This document shows positions 20,867-31,900 of a stretch of 64,000 nucleotides of DNA, in pieces (position 1 is the first letter of the stretch; every line of letters begins with the position of its first letter). Below the pieces are notes generated by a model. The model was not told the DNA's origin. It made no database searches and saw only the letters and a program-made list of their open reading frames with translations. The position numbers were made by a program, and so were the translations under genes. The stretch lies in the NCBI GenBank assembly GCA_017478085.1, contig JAFVEE010000121.1:3214-67213 (forward strand), in the 5' to 3' direction. The DNA is from Prevotella sp. GTDB taxonomy: Bacteria > Bacteroidota > Bacteroidia > Bacteroidales > Bacteroidaceae.

Positions 20867-21844
20867 CTATCGGTGACTGCGGCTTCCACCGCCTCCACCT
20901 CCACCAGAATGGCGGGCACCTCCGAATGATCCTCCGCTGCTGCTGGAGCGGCTACCTCCGATACTGCTGCCTGATGACGAAGAGCTGCGTGAGGGGGTGT
21001 AAGAAGAGGATGACGAGGAACTGCGCGAAGGTGTGTAGGATGACGAACTGGACGATGACGAGCGACTGCCAATAACCGAGGAACGGCTGTTGCTGCTTGA
21101 CGACGAGCGGCTGCCAAGGCTGGAGCGATTGCCCACGACGGTAGAGCGATTGCTGTAGCTGCCGTTGCTGCTCTGGCGGCTATTGCCTAAAGAACCGCGA
21201 TTGGTAGATGAGCCCAGCGAACCACGACTGCCAGAGCGGACATAGTCAACACGGTTGCGATGAACGGGCCGATAGGTGTAATAGGGCCGGTGATACCAAC
21301 CGCCACCGTAGTAGCCTCCCCAGTATCCGTAGGGACGGTAGTACCAAGAATCGTACCACCCATACCAGGAGGAGCGGTAGTACCAGGGATCGTACCACGA
21401 GTCGTACCAGGGATAGTAATAGGAGCTGTAGTACCAGGGCGAATGCCACGAGAGCGACCAGCTGCCGTCAGAACGGCCATCGTTGTAGCCGTCCCAGTAG
21501 GCCTGCGAGGGCTCGTAGTCGTCCCAGCGCGACATCTGGCGCGTCAGCTGGAAGTCGGCGGTCGAGTCGGGATAGACACCTGCCACTCCCGAGAAGTCGA
21601 TGACGTCTTGCATAGCCGAGTCGCCTTCAATGGGTATGTAGTAACTACCTGCCCCTTGACGGTTATACTCGTCGACGCTACGCGACGATCCAGAATAGTA
21701 GGTCTCGGCGGGTGCACCATATTTCTCTCTGTTGGCCTTTTCTACGTTGGCCTTCGTGGGAACGAAGTACATGTCATCGTCCTGTGCCAGCATCGAGAGG
21801 GGCATTGCCACCACCAAGGTGCTCATGAGAATCAGCTTTTTCAT
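20867..21844 (-). CDS. Exported hypothetical protein with Trp/Tyr-rich repeats and a Ser/Arg/Gly low-complexity tail
   Basis: Signal peptide; DDMYF and RSVDEYNR motifs; WYDSWYDPWYY repeats; long S/G/R tail; co-oriented with the barrel gene. Confidence 0.8.
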   Translation of the reverse strand: MKKLILMSTLVVAMPLSMLAQDDDMYFVPTKANVEKANREKYGAPAETYYSGSSRSVDEYNRQGAGSYYIPIEGDSAMQDVIDFSGVAGVYPDSTADFQLTRQMSRWDDYEPSQAYWDGYNDGRSDGSWSLSWHSPWYYSSYYYPWYDSWYDPWYYRSSWYGWYDSWYYRPYGYWGGYYGGGWYHRPYYTYRPVHRNRVDYVRSGSRGSLGSSTNRGSLGNSRQSSNGSYSNRSTVVGNRSSLGSRSSSSSNSRSSVIGSRSSSSSSSSYTPSRSSSSSSSYTPSRSSSSSGSSIGGSRSSSSGGSFGGARHSGGGGGGGSRSHR

Positions 21845-21985
21845 ATTTCTTTCTTGTTAGTTATTATATCACGATGCAAAAATAATCATTATTTCATTGC
21901 AAATTTACGGAAAAACCCTAAACAATGATAGGATTTCCCCTATTTTTTATAATTTTGCACCTAATTTTTAACATCTATCTGTGCG

Positions 21986-22864
21986 ATGAAGTATTATGAA
22001 GTAGATTTCAGAATCGTTGCGCCTGCCGAATTGATGGGCGATGTGCGTGATGTCATTTCGGCCCTGGCTGGTGAGGCTGGCTTCGAGACGTTCGAGGAAA
22101 CCGAGTGGGGATTGAAGGGATATGTGCAGCGGGCGCTGTTTAGTCAGGATGTTCTGGAGGAGCAGATCAGCTATTTGCCCTTCGAAGAAGTAAAGGTTTC
22201 TTTCGAGGTGAACGAAGCCGAGGACCGCGACTGGAATGAGCAGTGGGAGCAAGAGGGCTTCGATCCCATTGTGGTGGGGCGTGAATGCGTGGTTCATGAT
22301 GGTCGCCACCTACAAGGCATAACGCTGGCCGACTACCCGGTTCGTGTTGAGATCGATGCCCATTTGGCGTTTGGTACGGGCACTCACGAGACAACCCGTA
22401 TGATGATATCCTCTTTGTTGGAAACGGAGGTGAAGGATCTGCGGGTGCTGGATTGCGGATGTGGAACGGGCATACTGGGCATCGTGGCTCTGAAGCTGGG
22501 TGCAAGTGAGGCCGTGGGCTACGACATCGATGAGTGGAGTGCTGACAATGCTCGCCATAATGCCGTCATTAATGGCGTTGACGATCGTTTCAGCTCATTG
22601 TTGGGCGATGCTTCCTTGTTAAATAAAGAGGTAGAAGGATTGTTTGGCGTGGTGCTGGCCAACATCAACCGCAACATCTTGCTGGCCGACATGCCTGCTT
22701 TCAGACAGAAAATGATGGCTGGGGGAACGCTCCTGCTCAGTGGATTCTATGAAAGCGATATTCCCATGCTCGCAGCGCGTGCACAGGAACTGGGGTTGCA
22801 GCTTCAAGGAAAAAAGATAGATGGGGAATGGGCTTGTCTGTCATTCATCCTCGCCAGTGCGTAG
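21986..22864 (+). CDS. prmA: Ribosomal protein L11 methyltransferase
   Basis: AFGTGTHETT, VLDCGCGTGIL, ANINRN and LLLSG motifs. Confidence 0.93.
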   Translation: MKYYEVDFRIVAPAELMGDVRDVISALAGEAGFETFEETEWGLKGYVQRALFSQDVLEEQISYLPFEEVKVSFEVNEAEDRDWNEQWEQEGFDPIVVGRECVVHDGRHLQGITLADYPVRVEIDAHLAFGTGTHETTRMMISSLLETEVKDLRVLDCGCGTGILGIVALKLGASEAVGYDIDEWSADNARHNAVINGVDDRFSSLLGDASLLNKEVEGLFGVVLANINRNILLADMPAFRQKMMAGGTLLLSGFYESDIPMLAARAQELGLQLQGKKIDGEWACLSFILASA

Positions 22865-23374
22865 GATGATGCTCGTGGCCCCGATGGTGAACAGCTGACC
22901 ATTGTCTATTATGCGGTGCTCGCCTTGGCGCAGTTCCACATTGTCAACGAAGGTACCAGTGTTGCTGTTAGTGTCGCGCAAGGTGTAGCGCAGTTGGCCC
23001 CTCTTGTCACGTCCCACATTGACAATGCAGTGCAGCAGGTCTACGCTGGGATCGTTGGTCTCAAACGGTGTATTGATGGGGTTGCCCTTCTGGTAGCGGC
23101 CTATCTGGTTGTCGCCCATACGCAGTGGAAGCACTTGCTTGTAGTGAAACACGTTTTCGATGACAACGAGCGACCCATATTCCGACGAGGCGCTCGTGTC
23201 GAGCGATTCCTTGTTTAGCTCTTTCTGCGTACGTTGCAGTTTTGAGACACCCATCCTGATGCCAAACTGCTTGCCACAACTGGGACATTGGAACACGAGT
23301 GACTGGCCTGCCTCGTATTTCGTTTCATCAAAGGTGATGTATTCGTCGCACTTGGGACATCTAACGCGCTTCAT
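22841..23374 (-). CDS. Zinc-ribbon + FHA domain protein
   Basis: Two CxxC pairs (CPKC, CPSC); FHA motifs QIGR and NSNTGTFV. Confidence 0.8.
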   Translation of the reverse strand: MKRVRCPKCDEYITFDETKYEAGQSLVFQCPSCGKQFGIRMGVSKLQRTQKELNKESLDTSASSEYGSLVVIENVFHYKQVLPLRMGDNQIGRYQKGNPINTPFETNDPSVDLLHCIVNVGRDKRGQLRYTLRDTNSNTGTFVDNVELRQGEHRIIDNGQLFTIGATSIILRTGEDE

Positions 23375-23383
23375 CCTTACTGA

Positions 23384-24400
23384 TTATTCTGATACTTTCA
23401 ATACCCAAGCCTCATTGAATGCCTCATTAGCGGCGCGTAGCTTGCGCAGGTGCTGGTGGGCATCGGCTTCATCTTTGTACGAACCATAGACCACCCGTAC
23501 GTATTTCGATGTGCTCATGGCCATAGTGCGTGCTTGATGATAGCCACCCTTTTCCAATCGGCCAATAAAGTCTTCTGCATTGCGTGCCGAGGTCTGGCTG
23601 GCCAATACAATCACGTAGGCAGGTGAAGCCTCCTCTTTGTTGGGTGTTGCCTCCTGCTCTGCTGGGCTGGCTACAGCTTCTTGTTCAGCGACTGGGGCTT
23701 CATATGGGGCAGGAGCCAGACTCTTTACACTGATGGGTAGCATACTGCTCTGCTGAACGCTGGGCATCAGGTCGTCGTTGGCCACAGGCTGACTCATCAA
23801 GAAAAAGGCTATCACAGCAGCGGCAGCAACAATGGCGTTGCGTACCCACGACATCTTGACGATAATAGCATCATCTTGCTGTCTATGAGTGCTTTCCGAT
23901 TTCTTTGCTTTATCTTTGGTGGAAGTCTTGCGGGCTACTTGCTCTGTCTTCTTCTGTTGGGCAGCTATATTCATAGCCTCGTCTATGTATGGCATCTCAA
24001 AGGTGCTCAGTCCATAGAGTGCGGGGGTCAGTATGCCTGCCTCGCAAGGTTCAAACTCCAGGTTCCCTTCATCGTTCACGCTCAGGGTGCCTATGTCATT
24101 CAGTTCGTAACTGCCACTGGTGTTCAGGTGCTGCTGAAGCTCAGCCACCTCATTCTCAATACGGTGCAGGGCATCAGGGTAGCTGATGTCGTAAGCCTCG
24201 ATATACGACTGGGCCAGCAGGTGGTCGTTCAATTGTAACTGGGGATTAAAGCCAAGTGTGCGCAACGGGGGCAAAAACAGGCCCTCGCTGTCATCGTAGC
24301 GTGCAGCCACGTGGTGGGTCATAAAGCCTCCCAAGCCGGGCACGATCACACAATCGTGGCTCAGCAAAAGTATCTCTATATGTCTTTCTAATTCAATCAC
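23384..24400 (-). CDS. HU-like (CCDC81) N-terminal + TM + SPOR domain protein
   Basis: HDCVIVPGLGGF N-terminal motif; one TM; C-terminal SPOR (RVVYGSY...EAWVL); GTG start at 24400 directly after a -7 box (24406-24413). Confidence 0.8.
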   Translation of the reverse strand: MIELERHIEILLLSHDCVIVPGLGGFMTHHVAARYDDSEGLFLPPLRTLGFNPQLQLNDHLLAQSYIEAYDISYPDALHRIENEVAELQQHLNTSGSYELNDIGTLSVNDEGNLEFEPCEAGILTPALYGLSTFEMPYIDEAMNIAAQQKKTEQVARKTSTKDKAKKSESTHRQQDDAIIVKMSWVRNAIVAAAAVIAFFLMSQPVANDDLMPSVQQSSMLPISVKSLAPAPYEAPVAEQEAVASPAEQEATPNKEEASPAYVIVLASQTSARNAEDFIGRLEKGGYHQARTMAMSTSKYVRVVYGSYKDEADAHQHLRKLRAANEAFNEAWVLKVSE

Positions 24401-24538
24401 GAGTGCAAAATTACGGCTTTTTCCTGAGATGAGCAAATAAAAAAGGATTTAAAAACCATAGAAAAGCAAAAAAACTTTTCGTCGAACGGAATATTATTTG
24501 TACTTTTGCACTCGGTAAAAAAGATCGATACCCTAACT

Positions 24539-25087
24539 ATGGAATACAAAGAGACTGCCATCAAAGGCGTTTACGTAATCGAGCCTCGTGTTTTCGAGGA
24601 TGCTCGTGGCTATTTTTTCGAGGCCTGGAAGCAGGCCGAGTTTGAGGAGCATGTGGGCAAATACCACTTTGTGCAGGACAACGAGTCGAAGTCGAGCTAT
24701 GGCGTGTTGCGCGGCCTTCATTACCAAAAGGGCGACTGCTCGCAGGCCAAACTGGTGCGTGTGATCAAGGGGCGGGTGATTGACGTGGCGGTCGATATTC
24801 GCAAGAGTTCGCCCACCTTCGGCCAGTATGTCTTGGTCGAGCTGAGTGAGCAGAACAAACGACAGTTCTTCATCCCTCGTGGCTTTGCCCACGGTTTTCT
24901 GGTGTTGAGCGACGAGGCTGTGTTCACCTATAAGGTTGACAATCCATACGCTCCTCAGGCCGATGCCGGCATCCGCTGGAACGACCCCGCTTTGGGCATT
25001 GAGTGGCCCATTGATCCAAAGGATATGCTGCTGAGCGATAAGGATAGCAAGCAGCCCTTGTTGGCCGAGGCTGAGCTGTTCGACTGA
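24539..25087 (+). CDS. rfbC: dTDP-4-dehydrorhamnose 3,5-epimerase
   Basis: DARGYFFE, VLRGLHYQ and PRGFAHGF motifs; -7 box at 24501-24508. Confidence 0.95.
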   Translation: MEYKETAIKGVYVIEPRVFEDARGYFFEAWKQAEFEEHVGKYHFVQDNESKSSYGVLRGLHYQKGDCSQAKLVRVIKGRVIDVAVDIRKSSPTFGQYVLVELSEQNKRQFFIPRGFAHGFLVLSDEAVFTYKVDNPYAPQADAGIRWNDPALGIEWPIDPKDMLLSDKDSKQPLLAEAELFD

Positions 25088-25121
25088 TTACACTTTTTCT
25101 AACTTAACTTGAAGGATAAAA

Positions 25122-26438
25122 ATGAACATTGCAATTGTTGGAACCGGTTATGTGGGACTTGTATCGGGAACTTGTTTTGCCGAGACAGGTATTAACGTAA
25201 CGTGTGTTGACGTAGACGAAAAGAAAATTGAGCGATTGCAGCAGGGCGATATTCCCATCTATGAGCCTGGATTAGATCAGTTGGTGCTGAAGAATGTGAA
25301 GGCCGGACGCTTGAAGTTCACTACCGATCTGGCTTCAGTGCTCAATGATCAGGAAATCGTATTCTCTGCTGTGGGTACACCTCCCGACGAGGATGGCTCG
25401 GCCGATCTGAAGTATGTGCTGCAGGTGGCCCGTACCATCGGCCAGAATCTGAATCGCTACCTGGTCGTGGTTACAAAGTCTACCGTACCAGTAGGCACGG
25501 CTCGCAAGGTGCGTGCAACCATTGAGGAAGAACTGCGCAAGCGTGGTGTTGAAGTGCCTTTTGATGTGGCCTCGAACCCGGAATTTCTGAAGGAAGGCAA
25601 CGCCATCAAAGACTTTATGAGTCCTGACCGCGTGGTGGTGGGCGTTGAGAGCGAAAAGGCCAAAAAGACTTTAACAAAGCTTTATAAGCCGTTCCTTATC
25701 AATAACTTCCGCGTTATCTTTATGGACATACCTTCTGCCGAGATGACGAAGTATGCAGCCAACTCTATGCTGGCCACGCGCATCTCGTTTATGAACGATA
25801 TAGCCAACCTTTGCGAGCGCGTGGGCGCAGATGTTAATATGGTACGCGCGGGAATTGGTGCTGACACTCGCATAGGGCGCAAGTTCCTCTATGCAGGATG
25901 TGGCTATGGTGGCTCGTGCTTCCCCAAGGACGTGAAGGCCCTTATCAAGACCGCCGACCAGAATGGCTATTCGATGGAGGTGCTGAAGGCTGTTGAGCGT
26001 GTGAATGAACGACAGAAGAGCATTCTCTACGAGAAGTTGCTGAAGGCTTTTGGCTCCAGCGGTCTGAAGGGGAAGACCATTGCCATGTGGGGCCTCTCGT
26101 TCAAACCTGAGACCGACGATATGCGCGAGTCTACTGCCTTGGTCATGATAGAGAAATTGCTGGCCGCAGGGTGCAACATTCGTGCCTACGACCCCATTGC
26201 TATGGACGAGTGCAGGCGCCGCGTGGGCGATGCCGTGACCTATTGCCGCGATATGTATGATGCCGTGCTCGATGCCGATGCGCTCTTGCTGCTCACGGAG
26301 TGGAAAGAGTTCCGTCTGCCCACTTGGGGCGTCATTCGCAAGGCTATGCGCAATCCACTTGTCATTGATGGGCGTAATATCTTTGATACAGAGGAACTTG
26401 AGGAGAATGAATTCGAGTACCACTGCATAGGAAAGTAA
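25122..26438 (+). CDS. ugd: UDP-glucose 6-dehydrogenase
   Basis: GTGYVG, KSTVPVGT, NPEFLKEG and GYGGSCFPKD motifs. Confidence 0.95.
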   Translation: MNIAIVGTGYVGLVSGTCFAETGINVTCVDVDEKKIERLQQGDIPIYEPGLDQLVLKNVKAGRLKFTTDLASVLNDQEIVFSAVGTPPDEDGSADLKYVLQVARTIGQNLNRYLVVVTKSTVPVGTARKVRATIEEELRKRGVEVPFDVASNPEFLKEGNAIKDFMSPDRVVVGVESEKAKKTLTKLYKPFLINNFRVIFMDIPSAEMTKYAANSMLATRISFMNDIANLCERVGADVNMVRAGIGADTRIGRKFLYAGCGYGGSCFPKDVKALIKTADQNGYSMEVLKAVERVNERQKSILYEKLLKAFGSSGLKGKTIAMWGLSFKPETDDMRESTALVMIEKLLAAGCNIRAYDPIAMDECRRRVGDAVTYCRDMYDAVLDADALLLLTEWKEFRLPTWGVIRKAMRNPLVIDGRNIFDTEELEENEFEYHCIGK

Positions 26439-26447
26439 ACCGAAAAT

Positions 26448-27251
26448 ATGTACAAGAAGCTACTATCTGCCATCGTCCTTTTCGTTCTTGTGCTGTCGCA
26501 ATATGCTTGTCAGCGCAAGAGCAGCGAGGCCGTCGTCACGTCTGCCGAAAGCAAGCAGGCAAAGGCGCTGCTGCAAGGTATCTGGATTGATGCCGAGACT
26601 GAAGAGGTGGCCTTCAGGGCGAAGGGCGACACCATTTACTATCCCGACTCCACGAGTCTGCCCGCATATTTCAAGATTGTGAACGACTCGCTGGTGCTGG
26701 GCAAGAGCAGCTATCCCATTGTTAAGCAGGCGGCCCACCTGTTCTGGTTCAGAAATCAGGCAGGCGATCTGGTGAAGCTGGAGAAAAGCGACAATCCCAA
26801 CGATGCGCTCGACTTCCGGCATGAACAGCCACGCGCCCTGGAAATGGTGTCCGAGCTGCAGAAGACCGATTCGGTGGTGTTCTATGGCGGAGAACGCTAT
26901 CACTGGTACATTGCCATCAACCCCACGCGCTACCGTGTGATGAAGACCAGCTATACCGACGATGGAGTAGGGGTTGAGAATGTCTATTTCGACAATATCA
27001 TACACATCAGTGTCTACAAGGGGGCGCAGAAGCTTTATTCCAGTGACTTCAAGAAACAGATGTATGCCGACGAGATTCCTGCCGAGTTTCTTGACCAGGC
27101 CATTTTGGGCAATATGCAGTTCGACAGTGTCGATGAGCGTGGTTTCCACTTCAATACCACGCTCTGCATTCCCGATGGCGCCTCCTGCTATTTGGTGTCT
27201 ACCGATATTGGCTTCAATGGCCAGGTATCTAAGAAACTTTTAGAATACTAA
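26448..27251 (+). CDS. Conserved lipoprotein (DUF4738-like)
   Basis: Lipobox-like QYAC; LQGIW, GDTIYYPD and CIPDGASC motifs. Confidence 0.65.
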   Translation: MYKKLLSAIVLFVLVLSQYACQRKSSEAVVTSAESKQAKALLQGIWIDAETEEVAFRAKGDTIYYPDSTSLPAYFKIVNDSLVLGKSSYPIVKQAAHLFWFRNQAGDLVKLEKSDNPNDALDFRHEQPRALEMVSELQKTDSVVFYGGERYHWYIAINPTRYRVMKTSYTDDGVGVENVYFDNIIHISVYKGAQKLYSSDFKKQMYADEIPAEFLDQAILGNMQFDSVDERGFHFNTTLCIPDGASCYLVSTDIGFNGQVSKKLLEY

Positions 27252-27283
27252 CACGTTTGTGGGGCTAATCACATAAGTGAAGA

Positions 27284-27397
27284 TGTGTCAAGGAATGCTG
27301 TTTTCATTTTGTATATGGCGTATGTACTAAGTGTATATGGCCTTTATACAGTTCGTATATGGCCTATGTACGAAATGAAAACAGCATTCTTGACACA
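27284..27397. repeat. 114-bp REP/MITE-like element: about 26-bp terminal inverted repeats enclosing three 22-bp units
   Basis: tgtgtcaaggaatgctgttttcattt pairs with aaatgaaaacagcattcttgacaca (one bulge); gtatatggc at 27311, 27333 and 27355. Lies between convergent genes, so it may act as a bidirectional terminator. Confidence 0.85.
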
Positions 27398-27424
27398 CCC
27401 TTACTGCTTACCTGTTGAAATGCT

Positions 27425-28678
27425 TTAATCGAAGAATCCGGGCTGTTTGTATTCGATACCCAGTTCGCGGTCAACAGTTGCCAGGATGCCCTGCACCTGT
27501 CCCAGTGCGAACATACGGCCCAGCAGGGTGTAGCCGGCGTTATGGCCGTGGCTCGACTCGTCCATAATGCCGCCCGGCTCGTCGGTAAACGTCATGCCGT
27601 GGTCCACACGCATGGGCAGTTGCGGGTTCTCCTTCTCGAAAATCCGGCACAGCTCTATGAGGTCGGCACGTCCTCCTAAGTGCGAAGCCTCGGTGAAGTC
27701 GCCATTGGGGAAGATGTGGCACGAGCGCAGATGCACGAAATGAGTGCGCGGTGCAAACTCGCGGGCCAGCTCAACAACATTATTATAAGCACCTGCCGAA
27801 AGGCTTCCTGCGCAGAAAGTCAGGCCATTGTGCTTGTTGGGCACGGCATCGAGGAACCAGCGGATGTCCTCCTCGGTGCGCACGATGCGGGGCAGACCCA
27901 GAATCTCGATGGGGGGATCGTCGGGGTGTACGCACATGTTCATGTCGCACTCCTCGCAGGTGGGCATAATAGACTCGAGGAAGTATTTCATGTTTTCGCG
28001 TAACTGCTTCTTGTCTATGCCCTTATACAAATCAAGGAACTCGCGGAATTTCTGCACGGGAGCCTCGTCGTTCTCGCTGAAATTACCGCTGACGAAGCGC
28101 TGCGTCTTGATGACGATGTTCTCCACCAACTTATGATCCTTCTCGGGCGTCATCGTCTTGGCCAGCTCATCGCATTCGGCCAGCACGTTGCGGCCCTCGC
28201 CCCAGCCCTCGGGGAACTGGAAGTTGGCCCATTCCTCGCGGGCACCCTCGCGCTTCAGAATGTAGATGTCGAAGTAGGCAAACTCGGCATAGTTGAAGTA
28301 CAGGTTCGTGGCACCGTTGGGGTTGTTGTGGAACAGGTCGGTGCGGGCCCAGTCCAGCACAGGCATGAAGTTGTAGCAGATGCAGTGAATGCCCTCAGCC
28401 GACAGGTTGCGCAGGCTCTGCTTGTACACCTCTATCTGCTCGTCGCGGTCGGGGCCGCCGTACTTGATGGTCTCCACCACGGGCAGCGACTCCACCACGC
28501 TCCAGCGCATGCCGTAGCTCTCAATATACTCGCGCAGTTCGCGAATCTTCTCGCGGCTCCACACTTGGCCCAGGGGCACATCGTGCAGGGCGGTGACAAT
28601 GCCCTCAACGCCAATTTGTCTCAGCATGGCAAGCGTAATCTTGTCTTTCTTGCCAAACCATCTCCAGGTTCTTTCCAT
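27425..28678 (-). CDS. uxuA: Mannonate dehydratase
   Basis: TWRWFG, CYNFMPVLDWART, HPDDPP, HFVHLR and RVDHG motifs. Confidence 0.95.
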   Translation of the reverse strand: MERTWRWFGKKDKITLAMLRQIGVEGIVTALHDVPLGQVWSREKIRELREYIESYGMRWSVVESLPVVETIKYGGPDRDEQIEVYKQSLRNLSAEGIHCICYNFMPVLDWARTDLFHNNPNGATNLYFNYAEFAYFDIYILKREGAREEWANFQFPEGWGEGRNVLAECDELAKTMTPEKDHKLVENIVIKTQRFVSGNFSENDEAPVQKFREFLDLYKGIDKKQLRENMKYFLESIMPTCEECDMNMCVHPDDPPIEILGLPRIVRTEEDIRWFLDAVPNKHNGLTFCAGSLSAGAYNNVVELAREFAPRTHFVHLRSCHIFPNGDFTEASHLGGRADLIELCRIFEKENPQLPMRVDHGMTFTDEPGGIMDESSHGHNAGYTLLGRMFALGQVQGILATVDRELGIEYKQPGFFD

Positions 28679-28918
28679 AAATCTTCAGTATTAAATAGTT
28701 AAATGTGAACTTTGCTGCAAAAGTAAGAAAAAAAACTCAAAACAAGTGCTTCATTCATTCAAATAATTGTGAAATCGTACATTTATGGCGCAACAAACGC
28801 ACAATATAGAAACTTACTGCATGCTTATTTCATAAAAAATGATAGCCAGATTTGGTTGTATCGATTTTTCTTCGTACCTTTGCGCGTCAAAATTATAATA
28901 GTAATAAAGAATTAGATA

Positions 28919-31900
28919 ATGGCAAAGAGATTCGCCGAACACAACGGCTTGAACCTGACACAGGTGAACAATGAGATGCTGGAAAAGTGGATGAAGGAAG
29001 ACATCTTTCACCGCTCGATAGACGAACGTGAGGGCTGTCCTCAGTTTATATTCTTTGAGGGCCCCCCCTCGGCCAACGGCCATCCCGGCATTCACCATGT
29101 GCTGGGTCGCGCCTTGAAAGACACGTTCAACCGCTATCGCACCATGCAGGGCTTCCAGGTGAAGCGCAAAGCAGGCTGGGATACCCACGGACTGCCCGTT
29201 GAGCTGAGCGTCGAGAAGGCACTGGGCATCACCAAGGCCGACATCGACAATCCCGAGTCGCCCCGCTACATCTCGACCGAGAACTATAACCAGAAATGCC
29301 GCGAGAACGTGATGACCTATACCGCTGAGTGGCGCGAGCTGACCGAGCGTATGGGCTACTTCGTGGATCTGGACAACCCCTACATTACCTACGACAACAA
29401 GTACATCGAGACGCTGTGGTACCTGCTGAAGCAGTTCTACAAGAAGGGTCTGCTCTATAAGGGCTACACCATTCAGCCCTACAGCCCCGCTGCTGGCACG
29501 GGCCTCTCCAGCCACGAGCTGAACCAGCCCGGCTGCTACCGCGATGTGAAGGACACCACGTGCACCGCCCTGTTCCGTATGAAGAACCCGAAGCCTGAGA
29601 TGGCTCAGTGGGGCACCCCGTTCTTCATGGCTTGGACCACTACTCCTTGGACGCTGGCTGCCAATACGGCCCTCTGCGTAGGCCCGAAGATAGACTATGT
29701 GGCACTGGAAACCTATAATCCCTACACGGCAGAGAAGATTACCGTGGTGATGGCCGAGGCCCGCGTGCCCGCCTACTTCGACACCGCTGCCGAGATTACC
29801 GACGGCGGCGAGCTGCCCGAGTTCAAGAAGGGCGAGAAGTTCCTGCCTTACCGTGTGGTGGGCCACTACAAGGGCACCGACCTCGTTGGTATGGAGTACG
29901 AGCAGTTGCTGCCTATGATTAAGCCGATGGGCGATGCCTTCCGCGTCATCCCCGGCGACTACGTGACCACCGAGGACGGTGCCGGTATCGTGCACATCGC
30001 TCCCAACTTCGGTGCCGACGATGCCTTTGTGGCCAAGCAGGCCGGCATCTGTCCCATCGTGCTCATCGATAAGAAGGGCAACGAGCGCCCCGTGGTCGAC
30101 TTGCAGGGTAAGTACTATCTGGTGGAAGACCTCGATGCCGACTTCGTGAAGAACTATGTGGACGTAGAGAAGTGGAGCCGCTACAGTGGCCGCTACGTGA
30201 AGAACGCCTACGACGAGAAACTCACCGACAAGGACGAGACGCTCGACATCAGCATCTGCATGGACCTGAAGGCCGAGGGCAAGGTGTTTAAGATAGAGAA
30301 GCACGTGCACAACTATCCGCACTGCTGGCGCACAGATAAGCCCGTTCTCTACTATCCCCTTGATTCTTGGTTCATCAAGAGTTCGTCGATGAAAGAGCGT
30401 ATGAGCGAGCTGAACCGCACCATCAACTGGCATCCCGAGTCAACGGGCAGTGGCCGCTTCGGCAACTGGCTCGACAATCTGAACGACTGGAACCTGTCGC
30501 GCTCGCGCTTCTGGGGCACACCGCTGCCCATCTGGCGCTCGGAGGACGGCGAGGAGATCTGCATCGGCTCGCTGGAAGAACTCTACAACGAAATAGAAAA
30601 GGCTGTAGCCGCAGGCGTGATGGAGAAGAATCCGCTGAAGGAGAAGGGCTTCGTGCCTGGCGATATGAGTCAGGAGAACTACGACCGCATCGACGTGCAC
30701 CGTCCGTATGTAGACTATATTAAATTGGTGAGCCCCACGGGCAAGCCTATGAAGCGTGAGAGCGACCTCATCGACGTGTGGTTCGACTCTGGTTCGATGC
30801 CCTATGCACAGGTGCACTATCCGTTTGAGAACCGCGAACTCATCGACGAGCGCAAGTTCTATCCCGCCGACTATATCAACGAGGGCGTCGACCAGACACG
30901 TGGCTGGTTCTTCACCCTGCACGCCATTGCCACGATGATCTTCGACTCGGTGGCCTTCAAGAACGTGGTGTCTACCGGTCTGGTGCTCGATGCCAAGGGC
31001 AACAAGATGTCGAAGCACGTGGGCAACGTGGTGAATCCGTTCGAGATGATCGACAAGTATGGCTCTGATGCCGTGCGCTTCTATATGATGACCAACTCGG
31101 AGCCGTGGGACAACCTGAAGTTCGACCCCGAGGGCGTGGCCGAAATAAGCCGCAAGTTCTTCGGAACGCTCTACAACAGTTACTCGCTCTTCGCTATGTA
31201 TGCCAATGTAGACGACTTCGATCCTGCTACCCCGCAGATTCCCGTGAATGAGCGTCCTGAGTTCGACCGTTGGATTCTTTCCTGCCTGAACACCTTGGTG
31301 AAGGGCGTGGCCGCCGAGCTGGATAACTTCGACCCCACACGTGCCGGCCGACTCATCGACAAGTTTGTGGACGAGGACCTGAGCAACTGGTATGTGCGCC
31401 TGAACAAGAAGCGCTTCTGGGGTAAGGAGATGGACAACGACAAACTGGCTGCCTACCAGACGCTGTACGAGTGCCTGCTCACGGTGTCGAAGTTGCTGGC
31501 TCCCTTCGCTCCTTTCTATGCCGACCAGCTCTACCGCGACCTGGGCGGACAGAAGGATTCCGTACACTTGGAGGACTTCCCCAAGGCCGACGAATCGCTT
31601 GTGAACACCGATCTGGAGGAGCGTATGGCCATTGCCCAGCGCATTACGACCATCGTGCTTGCCCTGCGCCGCAAGGAGAGCATCAAGGTGAAGCAGCCCC
31701 TGCAGACGCTGATGATCCCGCCCGTCGACGAGGAGCAGCGCAAGGCCATCGAGAGCGTGAAGCAAATCTTCCTGCAAGAGGTAAACGTGAAGGAAGTGAA
31801 ATTCGTTGAGGGTCAGGGTATTCTGGTCAAGAAGGTGAAGTGCAACTTCCGCACAATGGGCAAGAAGTTCGGCAAGCTGATGAAGGGCGTGGCCGCCGCT

